Part shown: positions 60,201 to 64,000 of the stretch, piece by piece
Numbering within the stretch: position 1 is the stretch's first letter
Layout of the letters: each line of letters begins with the position of its first letter
Origin: Squalus acanthias
Lineage: Eukaryota
Length of the DNA stretch: 64,000 nucleotides
Assembly: GCA_030390025.1 (NCBI GenBank)
Contig: CM059431.1
Coordinates: forward strand, 139,502,001-139,566,000
Direction: 5' to 3'
The notes under the pieces: generated by a model
What the model was told of the DNA's origin: nothing
Database searches by the model: none
The model's input: the letters and a program-made list of their open reading frames with translations, nothing else
Made by a program: the position numbers and the translations under genes

Positions 60201-62620
60201 CTTACTTTGCCTTTCTTTCAAGAATTTTGTAAAAAGCAAGGCTACATATATACATCAATCCATTTGATATTTTTCTGGAATGGACTTTAACGGGGAATGT
60301 TTGTGGAGTGTTTCATGGCATATCCTGCTGTGGTGTCTTACTCTCCCCTTCAGCCCAACCCAAACAAGACAAGACTTTTGTAAAAACAAAGTAAATATAT
60401 TATATATTTTTTAATTCTTTTCAGAATAATCTATTTAATTTTTTTCTGCAGTGGGCTTTATTGGGGAATTTGCTTGGGGTGTTTTCAGAGCAAAACATGC
60501 TGTGGGATCTTTCCATTCATTTTATTCCTCTCCATGCAAATCACAGACAGACATTAAGTTAACAAAAGTAAAGTATATATTATTATTTATTCCTTATTGT
60601 ATTTACTTCTTTTCACTCTCCAGGGCTTTCATTTCCTTTCGGGGGCCTAGATTTCTGGGGCCTCGGCTTCACTTCTTCCTATTGGATTGCCCTCATCAAG
60701 CATTGCCGCACAGCCAGGAAGGGACCTCATCACAAATTGGCACTCCAAGGCTGCATCCCTTTCAAAGTGGATGTATGTGTGTGAGTGTGAGTAACTGCAA
60801 ATTGCAGAGTCTGTGTGAGTGTGTCTGTATGTGCGTGGGTGTCTGTGTTTCTGCTAATTACAGAGTCTGTGTGGGTGTGTCTGTATGTGCGTGGGTGTCT
60901 GTGTTTCTGCTAATTACAGAGTCTGTGTGAGTGTGTCTGTATGTGCGTGGGTGTCTGTGTTTCTGAAAATTTCAGAGTATGTGTGGGTGTGTCTGTATGT
61001 GTGTGGGTGTCTGTGTTTCTGAAAATTTCAGAGTCTGTGTGAGTCTGTGTGTCATGTCACTGTTAATTTTAGTTCAATGTGGGTTGGAGGGAGAGTGTGT
61101 GAGTGGGAGACAGACAGACAGACAGTGAGAGAGAGAGAGACATGAAATCAAAGGCTAGATGCAGATTAGAAAGCCTGTTTTTGTATGCCACAAAGTGAAA
61201 AGATAAGATACTGAAAAGTGTCACTTTGATTTTAATTTTCCAACACGGCAGCAATTCCTCTGCAGGCTGGCCTGTGTGTGTGTGTGTGTGTTTGCGAGAG
61301 AGAGAGCAAAAGGACGTATTTGTGTGAGATGTGGTCTGGTGTCTTATAATCTGCTGTTGTATTAATCTCTATTGATTTCCTTCTGGCCTGGTCCTCATGT
61401 AATGCTGCTGTGTATCACTTTATTACACTTTATTTCACTTCACTTCACTTCAAGACAGACAGTCAGTCAGTGAGATACTGAAAAATGTCTTTGTGGACTG
61501 TCTGACAGTAAAAGCTGCTCTGGGATCTTAGCATTCTTTTTATTCTACTCCACTCAAATCCAGAAAAGGCAGGCTGGCAATGAGAGAGACACATGAAATC
61601 AACACAACACGCAGAATAGAAAAAAAAACAGAAAATGCTGGAATTACTCAGCAGGTCAGGCAGCATCTGTGGAGAGAGAGAGAAACAGAGTTAACATTTC
61701 AGGTCGATGACCTTTCGTCAGAACTTTGCCAGAATCTGATGAAAGGTCATCGAGCTGAAACGTTAACTCTGTTTCTCTCTCCACAGATGCTGCCTGACGT
61801 GCTGATTATTTCCAGCATTTTCTGTTTTAATTTCAGATTTCCAGCATCCACTATATTTTGGTTTTGATGCAGAATAGAAAGCCTGTTTCTGTAGATCGCA
61901 AAATGAAAAGATCAGATACTGGAAAGTGTCTTTTTTGCTTTTAATCTGCCAAACACAGCAGGGCAATAAGAGAAATCACCTTTCTTTCATTGCTGACAGT
62001 GTTGTGTGGTAATTTTGCAGGCTGGCCTGTGTGTATTTGTTTGAGAGAGAGAGACACAGACAGCAGGGCGTGTCCGAGTTCAAGTTACCTGCCGTGTGCA
62101 TTGGTACTGCATCTCATGTCTGAAAAAAACAAAAAGTAAACACCATTAGATCATACTGATTTCATTCCAGACCGTACTGCTGTGGGATCTTACTTTGCCT
62201 TATTTCAAGACTTTTGTAAAAATCAAAGCTACATATATACATCAAGCCATTTGATTTTACATTGGACTGGACTTTATCGGGGAATGTTTGTGGGGTGTTT
62301 CAGAGCATATCCTACTGTGGGATCTTACTCTCCCTTTAATTCCGAACCCAACCAAACCAAGTCAAGACTTTTGTAAACACCAAGTATATATATTATGTTT
62401 ATTTTTTTATTATTTGCAGAATAATAAATCTATTTGATTTTTTCTGGGCTGGGCTTTATTGGGGAATTAGCTTGGGGTGTATTCAGAGCAAAAGCTGCTG
62501 TGTGATATTTCCATTTATTCCACTCCACTCAAATCACACACAGACAGATATTTCCTTTGCTGAAGTAAAATATATATGTTATTATTATTAATTATTCTTG
62601 ATTTTATTTTCTTCTTTTCG
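57275..62620. repeat. ~2 kb tandem unit, about 2.5 copies, each with a fold-back pLTR
   Basis: Anchor CTGACAGTAAAAGCTGCT at 57275, 59519 and 61502, with colinear downstream sequence. Confidence 0.9.
58431..59086 (+). mobile_element. Solo LTR, 656 bp
   Basis: TGTAAG...CTTACA termini and 4-bp TSD CATG (58427-58430, 59087-59090). TATAAAA near 58753 and AATAAA near the 3' end. Absent at the equivalent site in the next unit (~61053). Confidence 0.88.
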
Positions 62621-63074
62621 CCCTCACTCCCAACCTCCCTCCCTCGGCCCATCTCCTGGGGCGTCGATCATCCCCTACATGCCTGTTCACCCCCTGCAAT
62701 CCCCCAGCCCCTTCGTCAGTTCCTTGTGGTCCTGAGATCGACACTCACTCACTCACTCACTCACACACACAGGAGCCGAGGTGGCGAGCTGCAGCCAACA
62801 TTCCTTCCTTCCTTACTTCCTGCACCATGTGCTGCCTGCCCTGCCCGGGTGTGTCTGTGAGCAGCAGCACGGCCTGTCAGCGGCTCCAGTCAATGACCAC
62901 ACACAGCAGGCGGGCAGGACCCCACTCTGCAACACAAGCTGCGCGCCCATTTAAAGTGACAATCCACCGCAAAGCGCTATTCCATTACAAAGGACTATTA
63001 TATTCAAAAGTGATATTCCATTGCAAAGTAGTGTTATATTGCAAAGTGCTATTCCATTACAAAGGATAGTTCTA

Positions 63075-64000
63075 CAATCATAAACATTTGCGGCACAGAA
63101 GGAGGCCATTCGGCCCGTCGAGCCCGTGCCGGCATTCTGCAAGAGAACTTCAGCCAATCCCCCGCCCTTCCCAGTAGCCCTGATTTTTTTTTCATTCACG
63201 TCATTATCCAATTCTCTTTTGAAAGCCACGATTGAATCCGCCTCCACCACATTTTCAGACAGTGCATTCCAGATCCTAACCACACGCTGCATAAAAAAAG
63301 TTTTTCCTCATGTCGCCTTTGGTTCTTCTGTCAATCACCTTAAATCTGTGTCCTGTGGATCTGGAACTTTCCGCCAATGGGAACAGTTTCTCTCTATCTG
63401 CTCTGTCTTGGCCCCGCATGATTTTGAACACTTCTATCAAATCTCCTCTCAACCTTCTCTGCTCTAAGGAGAAGAACCCCAGCTTATCCAGTCTATCCAC
63501 GTAACTGTAGTCCCTCACCCCTGGAACCATTCTTCTAAATATTTTCTGCACCCTCTCTAAGGCCTTCACATCCTTCCTAAAGTATGGTACCAGGAATTGA
63601 ACACAATACTCCAGTTGAGGTCGGACCACTGTTATATTCTGGTTCATCATAACTTCCTTGCTTTTGTACTCTATACCTCTATTTATGAAGCCCAGGATCC
63701 CGTTTGCTGTTTTAAACACTTTCTCAACCTGCCCTGCCACCTTCAACGATTTGTGCACATATACCCCCATGTCTCTCTGTTCCTGCTCCCCCTTTACATT
63801 GCACCCTTTAGTTTGTATTGCCTCTCCTCATCCTTCCTACCAAAATGTATCACTTCACAATTTTCTGCGTTAAATTTCATCTACCACATGTCCGCCCATT
63901 TCACCAGCCTGTATGTCTTCCTGAAGTCTATCCCTCTCCTCCTCACTGTTCACTGTACTTCGAGGTTTTGTTTCATCTGCACGTTTTGAAATTGTGCCCT
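63075..64000 (-). mobile_element. CR1 LINE 3' portion, running off the window edge
   Basis: RPQLEYCVQF, LERVQK, LEQRRLRGDLIEVFKI and QRVVRIWNAL. Confidence 0.92.

Overview
Repeat-rich eukaryotic genomic DNA. The CR1 LINE, Penelope and Harbinger families and the NLR gene style suggest a cartilaginous fish such as a shark (inference, no database search run). There are two host genes on the + strand. (1) The last coding exon of a GCNT3-like beta-1,6-GlcNAc transferase (1147-1674) has a premature TAG 14 codons before its apparent natural end. (2) A 10-coding-exon NLR gene (CARD-like/NACHT/RI-type LRR, 32762-55798) can be spliced in frame by hand. It carries a TAA in the NACHT exon, an AC where the NACHT acceptor AG should be, and a 3.7 kb CR1 inserted 10 nt before an LRR exon. 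Three decayed tRNA genes (Glu, Leu, Lys) lie on the - strand at 3.4-8.2 kb. The rest is CR1 and other LINE fragments, Penelope-like elements whose terminal repeats contain minimal hammerhead ribozyme motifs, Myb-bearing Harbinger-type DNA transposons, a solo LTR, six minisatellite families and a ~2 kb tandem unit. No prokaryote-type system is present. The most notable signals are the two hammerhead families, the decayed tRNA cluster and the recently disabled genes. Repeat boundaries were read by eye and are approximate unless a target-site duplication (TSD) is given.
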